Origin: the human T2T-CHM13v2.0 reference genome, Homo sapiens
DNA length: 64,000 nucleotides
NCBI RefSeq assembly: GCF_009914755.1
Contig: NC_060928.1
Direction: 5' to 3' (one strand)
Below the pieces are notes generated by a model, which did no database searches, was not told the origin of the DNA, and was given only the letters and a program-made list of their open reading frames with translations. The position numbers were made by a program, and so were the translations under genes. The first letter of the stretch is position 1; every line of letters begins with the position of its first letter. Shown here piece by piece: positions 41,245 to 55,129 of the stretch.

Positions 41245-43570
41245 AATTCCTTAGATTTTATGATTAGAGGTTTGCCAGGACTCCTGGAACCATGTGCCTG
41301 CTTTTAGTCAGGAATCACTAACTTGCTTTGCACCTTCCTTTTGAGTCTCAAGCCTCAGCAGTAGTCCATTTTAGGCATGGCTCATTCTCATTCTTAAGGT
41401 TGCTCTGAAGCAGTGGGAATTTTGTATGAAGCCCTTTGATAGACTAAGTTGTTGCAGTTACTCTGTATCTGTTTCTTCTTACTTTGTCTACACCAAGGAA
41501 CAGATGTTGATGCAGAATATGACTGCTTTTTCCAAACCAAATTGTGCCTGTCAAAAAAATGTCACTGTTAGATTCTGTATTTAACCTAACTGGGGCAAAC
41601 TTGACATGAGTGTTGTATGGAGATCATCTTTCTACTATTTTTTCTTATGATCTCTCTTTGATTCAGCTCATATTCTGCCCTCAAATACAACAGTTGATGA
41701 CTTTACATTTTATTGAAGATGTTTGGTGGTATCGTTCCTCTGGATGAAACTGTTTGGCATGTTTGAATTCTCCTCCTTTCTATGTGGTCATAAAAACACA
41801 CATCCCTGCAAACTTTTTCTTAAGTATTCATGTATAACCTTGTTTCTCAAGATCAATTTCCTGAGAAAGATGACCATTTTTTTCTTTTAAATATTATTGA
41901 TCACAGAAACTACAGTATATATTTATTACAAGATTTTAAAACATTACAAAGTGAAAATATCAGTCTGTAAAATGGGATTAATTATGAGCAGCTTAGCTGA
42001 GAGTTAAGGTGCCTTCACAGAGTGCTATCAGATGATGAATGCTGTACCTAAGGTAAATAGCAGACTTAAAAAATTCTCTCGAGAAACAATTTTATTTTTA
42101 ATATCATAGTGATATCTTTCATTACATAAACACTTTAATTTTTTTTTCTTTTGTTAAAGGAAGGGGAATGGGGGGGAATGAGGTGCTAAGAACAAAGCAA
42201 GAAAGTTTTTGAAAATGACTCCATTTAGTTTTAAACTGTTTTAAACTGACTGCTCTACCTGCTAGCGTTTTTAAACATGACTTTTTCCCTCATTCCAGAA
42301 CATCTGTGATTGTGTTTAAGTTCATAAGGATCTAGGACATTTTACACCACTTGAAATCTACAACCTATGTACATTTGGAGGATATGTGGCTCCATGAATT
42401 TATCTTCAGAGAGGGGCCCACCCAAGTAGTCAAATAGTTGTAAATGTAAGTGAACAGCACAGTTTTCTTTAAAAGTCCAGATTTCTATAAAGAATTCTAG
42501 AACCCATTGGCCAGCTCCCCCTAATCTATGTAAATCTCAAATAGTTTCCTGACTTTGCTTTTGATTATAGCGGTAAGTTTTGGTTTTCTCATAGTGCAGT
42601 ATTGGGAGTCTTTGGCTATCCTGTCTACTCAAATCTGGGCTCTTTGTCCAGCAGATGTTTCCAGTTGTGTTAATGGTGTTGAGTTGTGTGTGGGAGATGA
42701 TGATGTAGAAACCCAGAGAATAGCTTGAGACCAGGCCAAACACTGTTGCTTGTTGCTTAACCATGGGCCAAATTTGAACTCATGCTTCCAAGGATACAAA
42801 AGCTAACACATTAGCTTCTCCTGGAAAATACAGGCTCCAGAAAAATAAATCATTCTCAATAGAAAATTCAGTCATTTTAGTACATAAAATCATTACTATA
42901 TGAGTCCCCTTTGTTTTAAAAGTGGAAGGATGCTTAATATGTCACCTCTTCAAAATTCAGAAACTAAGCTTATTTTGCAGACTGGAGAAAGTATGTTCTA
43001 AAGAGGCCATATCCTAAAAACACTGTCAGTGTAAAACACAGTTGAGAGACCTGGTAACCTATCCAGTATCTACAGGAGAGATGAAAAAAATTGAGCAAAA
43101 TGATATCATATTTCTCCTAGGGTTTTCCTCTCTCCTGGTATGAATGGGAGCTTGAGGTTTTATCATAAAGGGATAAAATAGCAAGAAATTATTTACTGGC
43201 TTGCAGTCACGGAGAAAAGGCATTCACATCTGTTTCTGGTATTCTGCTGAAGAATCTCTCCAGTTGATAATTTGGATGGGAAGCAAATTGGTTTGTTTTC
43301 ATAGGTCCTTTTCTTCCAAGCTCAGATAAAACAAACTTATCCTGTGGGTCCAATGGTTTGCATTCTGAATTCTTGGTTTACGTGGCACAAAATCCTTCTA
43401 TTATATTGCTAACACATTATCCATCTTAAAGAGAACAAAACTGGCTAAGTTTTAGAAGGACTTATGTTACATAAACTCCTATGAATGACTACACATTGTG
43501 TGTGTTTGTCACAGTGTATATGTGTGTGAAATTACAATTCTTACGGATTTCTCATGTAATCGTCTTTCAA

Positions 43571-43872
43571 TTTTTTTTTTTCTTTTTTGAGATGAAGTCT
43601 TGCTTTTGTTGCTCAGCCTGGAGTACAATGGCACAATCTTGGCTCACTGTAACCTCCGCCTCCCAAGTTCAAGCAATTCTCCTGCCTCAGCCTCCTAAGT
43701 AGCTGGGATTACAGGTACCTGCCACCATGCCAGCTAAGTTTTTGTACTTTTAGTAGAGATGGGGTTTCGCCATGTTGGCCAGGCTTGTCTTGAACTCCTG
43801 ACCTCAGGTGATCCACCCACTTTGGCCTTCCAAAGTGCTGGGATTACAGATGTGAGCCACCACACCCCGCCC
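43571..43872 (-). mobile_element. AluSq/Sp-like
   Basis: ttgttgctcagcctggagtacaatggc variant; ctgacctcaggtgatcc. Confidence 0.92.
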
Positions 43873-45847
43873 TATCTTTTAATTTTATATTTGCTTTTAT
43901 AATGAATTTCTAATGTAATTTTGTCTTTTAATTTTATATTTCCTTTAAATGACTTCTGCCTATAGTAGTTACTGTGACTTCTTCTTTGGAAGACTATACC
44001 ATAACATTTATCTAGCAAGATAAAAATAAAGATCTCAATCAAATGATTAAAAGTGATTGATAATAAATTCTCTTCTAATAAAGTAGGTAGGCTTTTCCTT
44101 GTTGACTTCTGCTATTTGAAGATATGAAATACGGTTTTCTTTTTTGATCATTCAATAATAGATGAGAACACCATCTATAGACAAGCTTTTAAGCTCAAGT
44201 TTTTAAGGTCAAGAAAAGACAAAGTCCCTTTCTTCACAGAACATAAAATACATTAAAAGGGGGAGAAACACAAAAGTAAATAAAGAAAAAGTAAAAAAAG
44301 TTATAAATGCATAAACACAAAAAACATGCCAAATAGGGCTGTTTATTAGATTTGTTGGTAGGCTAAAATGACTGAAGCTAAATAGAAGTAGACTAAAGAG
44401 ATAACAGAAAATGGCATTTTTCCAGAGGTTTTTCTTTTCTTTTTTCTTTTTTCTTTTTTTTTTTAAAGAGAAGGCTGTATTACAGGAAGTGGTGGGAAAT
44501 GTCTTAGATGAAAGATTCTTTGTCCTTTTTTCACTTTACTTCTGCTGAATTCTGTTGTAGTTTTCTCTTGAATAAAGTATAGAATAGAAATATTTTCCAA
44601 ATTATTCCCAAATTAAATAAAACTGTCTAATATGGCTTTGGTTTCTTCAATTAAAATTTTTGAAAAGAAATTCAAATTGGGTAAATTACTATTCTTTTGA
44701 AGTAAAAAAGCTTTAACAAATCTTTGCAAAGATAATTGTTTTAAGTTATAATGAGAGACTAAAATATGTCAAGTATTTTAGGAAAAAATGTTGTCTTTTT
44801 GTCTTTTTCCAAGGCAGAGCAGTATAAACAAGTAGCGGATTTCCTGTATGGCCTAATGGACATAAACACAGATAGTAAAAGAGAAATGAACACCAGAACA
44901 CTTTGTTTAAAAAAAAACAAAAAACATATTATAAAACTAGTGACATTCATAGATTCATTGGAACATATTATTTGGGATTACTGGGCTTTTCCTAGTAAAA
45001 TAAATAGTAGACAGCTTGAGCCAGGAGCGCCCTGGTTTACTGACCACCATTTTGAAATCGTTCACCGTCTTGTTAGCAGTGTGTCAACTCTGACTTTTCA
45101 TCATAATTGCTATCTTTCCTATATTACATATCTCTATGGGATATATTGTTTTTACTATGGTAACAATTCATTCTCTATGTATAAATAAATATTTTTTTAC
45201 ATCTCCTAAACTTTAGAATCTAAAGAACTGAACAGAAAGAAAACCAGTAAAAAAAAAATACGAAAATTATTTTCACATAGTCTTAAGACAAAAACCTACT
45301 TCTAGACAGAACTAATCAACTCTATTATTTTGTAAAGAGAAAAAAAAAAAGACCCAAATTGTTAAAAACTAACAAAGAAAAGCCTGACTGAATGAAATAG
45401 CTATTCCATGTTTTAAATCCCACATTGCTGGGTTAAAATTAGAGCAATTGGTATTTTAAGCAAATTTTATATTTCTGCCTTTTCCCACTCCCTATTCCCA
45501 ACCCATGTAAATTGCTTTATTATTTAATATGAATAAAAAGTTGATTAATGGGTCTGAAACCATTAACTGATTATTTTTCATCACCTGGCATTTTAGAGAA
45601 AGGGGCAAATCAAAGACAAAAGTTGTTATCAGGAATTTATTAGATTAAAAGAATAAATTCAAAATATGCCCTGGGCTTGGTAAAATCATAGAATAGAAGG
45701 GCTAAAAATAATCACGAAAGCAGAAAGGTCTACCTAAAAATGCACAGGCTTTGTAGTTTGATAAACCTGGGTTTGAATCCCTACTCTACTACTTATTTGC
45801 TATGTGGCTACAGTTTATTTAAGCTTACTACTTTGTCATGAAAAATT

Positions 45848-46054
45848 AATATAAAAATGATTAGAAATTTGCAAATAAAATCAATATATCAAAGATTTTT
45901 TTAGAAATTGAAAAGATTTTGAGCAGTTAATTTGTATATACAACTGTTATATAAATATAAAAATGACTAGAAATTTGCAAATAAAATCAATATATCAAAG
46001 ATTTTTTAGAAATTAAAAAGACTTTGAACAGTTGCTCTTGCATATATAACTCTT
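45848..46054 (+). repeat. Tandem duplication, period 106 bp
   Basis: aatataaaaatgattagaaatttgcaaataaaatcaatatatcaaagatttt starts at 45848 and again at 45954. Confidence 0.92.
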
Positions 46055-46849
46055 GAGTGTCAAGGTAAATATACATTTCTGTGTTGCCTTGATCCTTCAC
46101 ACGGTAGGGATCTAAGAAAGAGAAGAATCAAGTAGGGGTAAGATCACTATAGTTTCCAAAGCTGTAACCCCAGATTCATGACCAAGTATGTCTGTCCTTC
46201 CCAAAGATCAATCAGTAGGGTCTCACACAAAGGTCCCACTGTAAACGTCACATGATATATGCTTTATTTCCTGAAAACAATCTTATAATTTTAGAACATA
46301 TAATAAAATATAATATAAACATATGCTAAATAAAACTATCCATGGGTTCTATCATTTTTATTGCTAGAATAGCACTGTAATAATTACCAACAGAACAATT
46401 TCAAATGGTTAGAAAGGCAGAGTTAGAGTAATCGACAAGACTCTGACAGGTTACAGTCGTGTAAATTTAGTTGTTCTGCTTCAGTTACAATTTTAAATGA
46501 TGAAATTCTTAAATCTATAAAAATAGTTATTAAATTCGTATTCTTCTGTTTTGTAAAAAATAAAATAACAGAAATTAGAAGGGACTGTTAAAAAGACTTA
46601 AAAATCCTAAGGTAGAGAAAATTTATGCTGTTTTATTCTATACTTTTTCTTAGGAGTGGTGTTCATAAGACACTAAGCAGTATTTTCATAATTTATTCAA
46701 TAATAAGAGTGATATGAATAAAATTATTTAAAATATTTGAAACTGGTTTCTAAATAATGCATTTAAGTAGACTTGCAGCAGAACAGGCTTATTTACTTCA
46801 GCATTATTTTACCTGCAGCTGAGAAGTCACTGGCATATTGGGAACCATA

Positions 46850-47040
46850 AAAGCTTGGAGGTCATGAAGACCTTAGCTAGAGATTTAGCTGCCTCCTTTA
46901 CTGGTTATGTGGGCATGGGCAAGTTGTTTAACCTCTTTGAACTTTAGTATTTCTATCTGTAAAATGAGGATAAATAGAATGTTAGGGTGTTGTGATAAAG
47001 AGTTAATTCACAGTGGGTGGCATTTAATACATGCAGGATT
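46850..47040 (+). mobile_element. MIR SINE
   Basis: gggcaagttgtttaacctctttgaactttagtatttctatctgtaaaatgaggataa. Confidence 0.75.
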
Positions 47041-47159
47041 TTTTTAGCTGTCTCACAAATACCCATTTCTTGAATATTTTATGGAGTATATAAAATGGAG
47101 TCAATAAATCTCAAGGTTAAGACATAAAGATGTAATTTTAAAATAAAAGCAGATGTCTC

Positions 47160-47528
47160 TATATATACCATGGAATACTATGCAGTCATAAAAAGAATGA
47201 AATCATGTCCTTTGCAGCAATATGGATGGAATTGGAGGCCATTATAGTAAACAATTTGATGTAGGAACAGAAAAACAAATACCACACGTTCTCCTTTATA
47301 AGAGGAAGGTAAACACTGAGTACACATGGACACAAAGAAGGGAACAATAGACACCGAGGTCTACTTGAGGGTGGAGGAGGGTGAGGATTTAAAAACTACC
47401 TATTGGCTATTATGTTGATTACCTGGGTGACAAAATTAATCTACATACCAACCCCCCGACACACAACTTACCCATGTAACAAGCCTGCACATGTACCCCT
47501 TGAACGTAAAAGTTGGAAAGAAAAAAAA
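47160..47528 (+). mobile_element. Short L1PA15/16-like 3' end
   Basis: accatggaatactatgcagtcataaaaagaatgaaatcatgtcc...catgtaccccttgaac...A-tail. Confidence 0.88.
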
Positions 47529-48427
47529 CAGGATGTTTCCAAATTGATATTCTCTAACCCAACACATTTTAAATATGTAAAGGTATTATTTTGTAGTAAA
47601 ATATTTTTCCAAAGTAATATTGAAAAGCTTTCTCTAATATACTGTATTTAAAAGAGAACTGAATACAATGGATGAATGCATATTCTTATAAACAGAGCAT
47701 AGAATAATGAGGAATTTTGAAACTAACTTTGGAAATCTACACATTTAGAAGAGAAATAGTTTTCTTCCTTCTGTGAATTCACTACAACATCTTTTTATTA
47801 CTTTTTCTCTGTCTGGACAAAGGATACATTTTAACTATTAAAAAATATGAGACTTCAAATAAAAAAATGTAGTAAAACTGCCCTGAATATTGTCAAAATT
47901 TATAACCTGAGTCACTCAGGGGAAGAGTGAAGATGGGTTTTACGATGTTAAAAAAAAAAAGTGGCATTACCAATCCAAAATACTTGGGAAATGTTCCAGA
48001 TTATAAAATATTCCTGCATTATAGCAACATATTCAAGGTGTGAAACTTAGTTTATGGAAATTACTACATATAAAAATACATGTGAACTGAATTATTACTC
48101 TTCTTGCTGACAGATACATTTTTACTGGGTTCACATAACTCGTATGAACGTTCTTCAGCAGGGGAGAAACTTTGTGTGTAAACAATTTTTCCACAGTGGC
48201 AGCTCACAGCATTACTAATTATAGAGAAGTATTCTCTTTCGGGAGCATGAAATAGTGTAATTTTTTATCCCTAACTAGGATAGAGGGAAGGCCCTGGGGA
48301 ACACTGCTTTTCATAGTTCTTTAAAAATATTTAACTCATAACTACATTAGTCTGTGGTAGAAAAAAAATCCCCATCCCTCTAATTTCTCTGGTAAAGATA
48401 ATAATAAAAATAACAATCATCATCATA

Positions 48428-48535
48428 ATGAGGAGGCAGAGAAGAAGAGGAGAAGAGAGATGAAAAAAAGGAGGAGGGAGGAAAGGAGAAAGAGAAGAAG
48501 GAGGAGGAAGAAAAAGGAGGAGGAGAAAGAGATGA
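48428..48535. repeat. GA-rich low-complexity polypurine tract
   Basis: gaggaggcagagaagaagaggag... directly visible. Confidence 0.85.
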
Positions 48536-48579
48536 CTAAGGGTCAGTTTACCTACTCACTGAAGGGTCACCTCAAGGAT

Positions 48580-48756
48580 AAAATTTCAAAACTCATGCTG
48601 CATGAGAATTACCTAGGAGTTACATTTTAAAATGTAAAATGTCTTGATTCTACCTTTGAACATTCTGATTCAATGTGTCTGAAGTAGAGCCTAGGAATGT
48701 GCATTTAAAACATAAGTCCCCAGGTCAGTAGACAGTCCCTTAAGAAATGCTGCCCT
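48580..48756. mobile_element. MER5-like hAT-Charlie element
   Basis: gctgcatgagaattacctaggag...attctgattcaatg...ctaggaatgtgcattt...ccccagg...ttaagaaatgctg. Confidence 0.65.
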
Positions 48757-49550
48757 GTATATTTTAGGAAATGAAAGAGTTGTATCTCAAGTCAGCTCCT
48801 GAAGGCAGCCACGAGCATCTTCTCTCCGTGGCCCCAGCCTTGCTGAAGTCCATCACTCACCTCATAACTATAGACCCTCTGGCCATTCTGAACTCTGTCT
48901 CCCTCCCCAGCTTGTTGCTTCATCTCCCTAGCATCAGTGCAAGAGTGAGTGAGGAGCTGTCTGCTCATGCCCTTACTTTCTTCTGTCTTGTCTGTAGTCC
49001 CTTGTCGCACAAAGCTAATGTAGGAGGGGGTCTCAGACTTCAGTGACAAATGGGGTTCATTAAGGGAAACTAGCACGTAGGTTGTTAAACAAGGCTATAT
49101 GGTTTATAAGGATATTCCACTAGCTCTTTCCAAGAGAAAGAACACACATTAAAATTAACCCTCCCTTAGGTGTACCCTTGTAGACAGACTCCGGTTTTTA
49201 CTGCTCTTCCAAAATGTCCCTGCACTTTTCTTTAGGAAACATTCACATCTCTTCCATTGGGACTTTGTTGCCTGGTGCCTCATTCCTCTTTTCTGTCCAA
49301 CCCTTCCAAATGCACAATGTTTCCAGAAAAACATTCTTAGCTTCTGAAATTGGAGTATAGCAGTGTAAACTAGTTGGAGGTGGGAGGCGAGGTGGAGTAG
49401 GGGCTTCTTACAGCAGGATAGTCCAATATCAGCTTTGACACTTTAGGTCAAGCTTCCTTAAAATGTCCACAAGCAGTTATAGGTAGAGAATGGCGAGTCT
49501 GTCTAGTTATTCCGAGCATGCAAGCACACCAAGATACCACACAGGCTCTT

Positions 49551-49551
<1 letters not shown>

Positions 49552-49585
<34 letters not shown>
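49552..49585. repeat. (CA)17 microsatellite
   Basis: Directly visible. Confidence 0.95.
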
Positions 49586-49586
<1 letters not shown>

Positions 49587-50059
49587 CTCATAAAGATAAA
49601 CACATCAATTCATACAGACATTACAGTATAGCCTCTAGATCCACATTAAGAAAGAAAAAAATCTTTGTAAGCAATATGATCTACACAAGATGGCCATCAG
49701 CAATGCAGAATGACATATTCTGATAGGGTAATACCAGTTCTCTTTCTGATAATGCGTCACTACAGGGCCTATGAGTATTAGAAGTATATAAGAAATGGAG
49801 CTTGTTATTACCCATCTATTCACAGTTACTAACATAGAGATCCAGCTGCAGCTGAAACTGTAAAGTTACTCATCATGGCACATTCCTAGGCTGGCTGTGA
49901 GTGAAAGAGATGCAATACAAAGGTTTGTAATCTTCCTGTAGAAAGTAGGCCCCCAGAAATTGAAGTTTGGTTGGCGGTGTTTAGTTTACATTTTTTGTTC
50001 TAGTTACTAACACTTCACAATTCTTTATTGTTTTCATTTTCTTATTTTGCATTGTTTTA

Positions 50060-52380
50060 ATATTATTTTAAAATTAACAAATAGTAAAACTGCCTCTTTT
50101 GTGTGTATGTGTAGAGTTCTACTAATGTTAACACATCTGTAAATTTGTGTAACCATCACTGCGATCAGGACACAGAGCAGTCCCATCAGTCCAAAAATCT
50201 ACCTTATTTATGCCTTTATAGTCATAGCCTCCTTGTACCTCAACCCCTGACAACCACTGGTCTGTTCCCTGTCACATGGTTTTGCTTTTGAAGAATGTCA
50301 TATAAATTAAATGATGTAGTATGTACTCTTTGGAGACTGACTCTTTCAGAATACTGCCTTTGAGATTCATCCAAGTTTTCACAGGTGTCAGTAACACACT
50401 TCTTTTTACTGCTGAGTAGTATTTAATTGTATGTGAATGTGACTGTTTATCTATTCACCCACTGAAGGACTTTTGGCTTGTTTTCACATTTTAATTGTTA
50501 TGAATAGAATTGCTATAAACATTCATTTACATGTTTTTATGTCAATATATATTTTCATTTATTTTAGGTAAATATGCAGGAGTATGACTGCTGGAACATA
50601 TGGAAGTATATAAATTTACATACATGGTGAAACTGTCACATTGTTCCCTTGAATGGCTATGCCCTTTTGCATTCCCACAAGCAACGTATGAACATTCAAT
50701 GCTCCCTTCATCAGCACTTGGTATTTTCAGCATTATTCATATTAGCCATTTTAATAGGTGTATAGAGTTATCATCATTTTATAAACATTCCACTAGTGGC
50801 TGCAGACGTGGTTGTTTTCTTCTGTAATATCTTTGAATATATATCTTCCATTGCAGATTAGAAGTGCCTTATGCACTTCTGAGATACCACATACTGTTAT
50901 GCTAGTATATCTTGGTCTTCCATATATATATTTTTTACTGTTTGCTTTAATTTTTTTTCACATTTGTTTAGTTACTGTGATTATTACAAGCCATTCTTTA
51001 ATATAAGTAATTTTATTTTCAAGGGTTTTTATTCAGCATATGTCTATTTATGTTTGTTTGTTTATTTGACAGATATAAATTGTATATGTTTATGGTGTGT
51101 AACATGATGTTTCAAAACACATATACATTGTGGAATGGCTAAATCAATCTAATTAACATACATATTACCTCACATACTTATAATTTTTTGTGGTGAAATA
51201 CTTAAAATATACTCTCATCAATTTTCAAGAATACAATACATTGTTATTAACTGTAGTCATTATGTTATATAATAGGTCTCTTGAAATTATTCCTATCTAA
51301 CTAAAATTTTTTATCCTTGGACCAACATCTCAACTCCACCCAACCCTCAGCCGCTAGTACCTACCATTCTACTCTATTTTTACAAGTTTAACTTTGTTAG
51401 ATTTCACATGTATGTGACATTATGCAGCATTTGTGTTTCTGTGCTTGGCTTATTTCACTTAGCATAATGTCCTTCAGGGTCATTCATGTCACAAATGATG
51501 GTATTTCCTTCTTTTTTTTAAGGCTGAATGGTATCCCATGGTGAACATGTGCCATCTTTTCTTTAACCATTCATCTGTTGATACTTAGGTTAATTCCATA
51601 TCTTGGCTATTGCAAATAATGCTGCAATGAAAAAAGAAATGCAGATATCTCTTTGACATATAGATTCCAAATCCTTCAGCTGTATACCCAGTAGTGGGAT
51701 TACTAGGTCATGTAGTTGTTCTATTTTTAATTTTTTGAGGAACCTCTATACTGTTTTCTATATTTATTTATTTTTAATATCAGGTTAGTTGAGGTATAAT
51801 TTACAAACACTAAAATTCATCCTTTTAAGTGTACAATTCTATTACTTTTGACAAATATATACAGCCATAGAACTACCACCAAGGTCAAAGTATAGATTTT
51901 ATGTACTTTATTAGAGGAATCAATCTTATCTCAACTCTCAGTCTCTGGCAACCACTGATTTGATTTCTATCCCTCTAGTTTTATCTTTTCCACAATGTCA
52001 TATATATAAAATCAGTTATTACGTATCCCTTTGGTTCCCAAAGGTGAGACTCAGAAACATGCTAGCTTCAGGTATGACCCAGTACATTATTTGACTTAGC
52101 AGACTGATTCTGAGATTCATTCATGTTGTTGCATGTATCAGGATTTTGTTTCTGTTTGCTGTTGAACAGTAACTCATTATATACATTTTTCACAATTTAT
52201 TCACTTACTATAGATGAACATTTGGACTGTGTCTAGTTTTTGATTGTTATAAACAAGCTGCTATAATCATTCAGGTAAAAAATCTTTGTGTGAAAATATG
52301 TTTTTATTTATCTTGAGTAAATACCTAGCAGTGAAATTGCTCAGTCATATGGTATCTATATGCTTAGTTTTAAAGAAAAT
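50060..52380 (-). mobile_element. Stack of old antisense L1M 3' ends (approx. 50060-50780, L1MA-type 51050-51760, 51770-52380)
   Basis: Three successive L1 3'UTR signatures (gagattcatccaagtt, cttatttcacttagcataatgtcc, ggcaaccactgatttg). Confidence 0.75.
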
Positions 52381-55129
52381 GGGAAGCAAGATGGCCAAAT
52401 AGAAGCTTCCACCAATCATTCTCTCCATAGGAACACCAAATTGAACAATTTTCCACACAAAAAAAGCACCTTTGTAAGAATAAAAAAATCAGGTGAGCAA
52501 TCATAGTACTTGGTTTTAACTTTATATGACTGAAAAAGACACTGAAGAAGATAAGAAAGACAGTTGTGAATTGCTGGCATCAACCCGCCCCCATACCCTG
52601 GCTGTGGCCTCATGGTGCAGAGAGAGAATCTGTTTGCTTCAGGGAGGGACAGTGCATTGATTGAGGGGCTTTTCTTTGGAACTCAGTGCTGCTCTTTCAC
52701 AGAAGAAAGCTATACTGGGCAAAATTCAGCTGATGACTGCGGAGGGAGAATTTAGAACAGCGCTAACCAGAAGGGAATCATACATTGCACTGGTTGGAAC
52801 CTGAGTTCTGGAAAGCCCTACCACTGTGGGCTAATGTGCATTGAGGTCTTAAATAAACTTGAAAAGCTGTCTAGGCCACAAAGATTGTAATCCCTGGACA
52901 AGTCCTTGTGCTGTAATGAGCTCAGAGGCCAGTAGACTTGGGGGTGCACATGACCCAGTGAGACACTAGCTGGGGCAGCCAAGGGAGTGCATTCCCCAAC
53001 CCCAGGCAGTGCAGCTCCTTCTTTCTGCTTGAGTAGAGGAGAGGGAGGAGTAAAGAGGACTTTGTCTTGCAACTTGGCTATCAGCTTAGCCACAGTAAGA
53101 TAGGGCACCAGGCAGAGTCTTGAGGTCCTCATTCTAGACCCTACCTCCTGGATGACATTTCTAGACACACTGTTGGCCAGAAGAGAACATGCTACTTTGA
53201 AGGGAAGGACCCTGTCCTGGCAGAATTTATCACCTGTTTATTAAAGAGCCCCTGGGTCCTAAATTCAGCAGTGGTAGCCAGGAAGTACTCACCATGGGTC
53301 TTTGGTGAGACTCGGAAACATGCTGGCTTCAGGTATGACCCAGAACATTCTCAGCTGTGGTGGCTACAGGGAGGGACTCCTTCTGCTTGAGAAAAGTAGA
53401 GCGAAGAGTAAAAGGGACTTTTATTTCAGCTTAGGTGTCAGCTCAGCCATAGTCAGGTAGAGTGCCAATTGGGCTTTTAGGGTCCCCAATTCCAGGCCTC
53501 GGCTCTTGGATGACATTTCTGGACTTACCTTGGGCCAGAGAGAAGGCTATAGCCCTTAATGGCAAGTCTCAGGTCTGAAAGCATTCCCCACAACCTGACC
53601 AAAGAGCCTCTGAGCCTTGAATGAACATTGGTGGTAGCTAGGCAATACTTGCCACGGGCCTGAGATAGTGATGGATATAGGGAGAGATTTATCTGATGGT
53701 GGAAAGGTGAAGAGTGAGAAGGACTGTTTTGTGGCTTGGGTGCCAGCTCAGCAGTAGTAGATTAGAGCACCAGGTAGATTCCTAGGGGTTCTAACTCTAG
53801 CCTCCAGCTCCCAGACATCTCTGGACCTGCCTGGGACCAGGGGGAACTTGCCACCCTCAAGGGAAAAACACAAGCCTAGCTGGCTTTGCCACCTGCTGAT
53901 TTTAGAGACCTAGGACCTTGAGTAAACAAGCAGCAGCCAGGCAGTGGTTACCATGGGCCATGGATAAGACCCAGTGCTGTGCTGGCATCACATCTGAACT
54001 AGCACAGTTCCAGTGATGGTGGTCACAGGTATGCTTGTGTCACCCCTCTCCAACTTCAGGCAGCTCATCACACAGAGAGAGGGGGACTCCATTTATTTGG
54101 GGGAAAGTAAAGGAAAAGTACAAGAGTCTCTGCCTGGTAATCCAGAGAGTTATTTGGTATCTTATCCAAGAACACCAAGTCAGTACCTACACAAGTCTAC
54201 AAGAACCACAGTGTTACTGGGCTTGGGGTGCTGCCTAATTCAGATATGGCTGCAGTGACCAAATCTTAGATTACAACACCCAAATTCCTTAGAATACATG
54301 GAAAGCCCTCCCCAGAAGGATGAATACAAACAAGTCTAGATTGTGAAGACTACGATACATACCTAGCTCTCCGATGCCCAAATATTGATGAACATCCAGA
54401 AGATGGCATTAAGACCTGGATGGCATCAACATAATTCTGGAAAACATGACCTCACCAAATGAACTAAACAAGGAGGTACCAGTGAGTAATCCTACAGATA
54501 TGAGTGGGATATGTGATCTTTCAGACAGAGAATTCAAAATAGCTGTGTTAAGAAAACCAAAGAAATTCAATATAACACAGATAAGAAATTTAGAATCCTA
54601 TGAGATAAATTTAACAAAGAAATTTAAATAATTAAAAAGAATCAAGTAGAAATTCTGGAGTTGAAAAATGCAATTGTCACATTGAAGAACACATCAGTCT
54701 CTTAACAGCAGAATTGATCAAGCAGAAGAAAAAGTAAGTGAGCTTGAAGACAGGCTATTTGAAAATACAGTTAGAAGAGATAAAATAAAAAAGAATAAAA
54801 AGAATAAAGTATGCCAGCAAGATCTAGAAAATAGCCTCAAAAGGGCAAATTTAAGAGTCATTGGCCTTAAAGAGGAAGAGAGAGAGAGATTGTGGTAGAA
54901 AGTTTATTAAAAGGTATAATAATAGATAACTCTCCAAATCTGGGGAAAGATATCAATATTCAAGTATATGAAGATTATAAAACACCACGAATATTTACCT
55001 GGAATAAGACTACCTTAAATCATTTAAAATCAAACTCCCAAAGGTCAAGGATAAAGAAAGGATACTAAAAATACCAAGAGAATAGAAACAAATAACATGC
55101 ATTCCAAAATGTCTGGCAACAGAATTTTC

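Noticed and set aside
42158-42185. G-rich patch as a possible G-quadruplex
   Set aside because: Lacks four G3 tracts; at best a weak two-tier motif.
44766-45188. 140-aa + strand ORF in unique AT-rich DNA
   Set aside because: No recognisable motif or exon structure; composition reflects AT-rich background.
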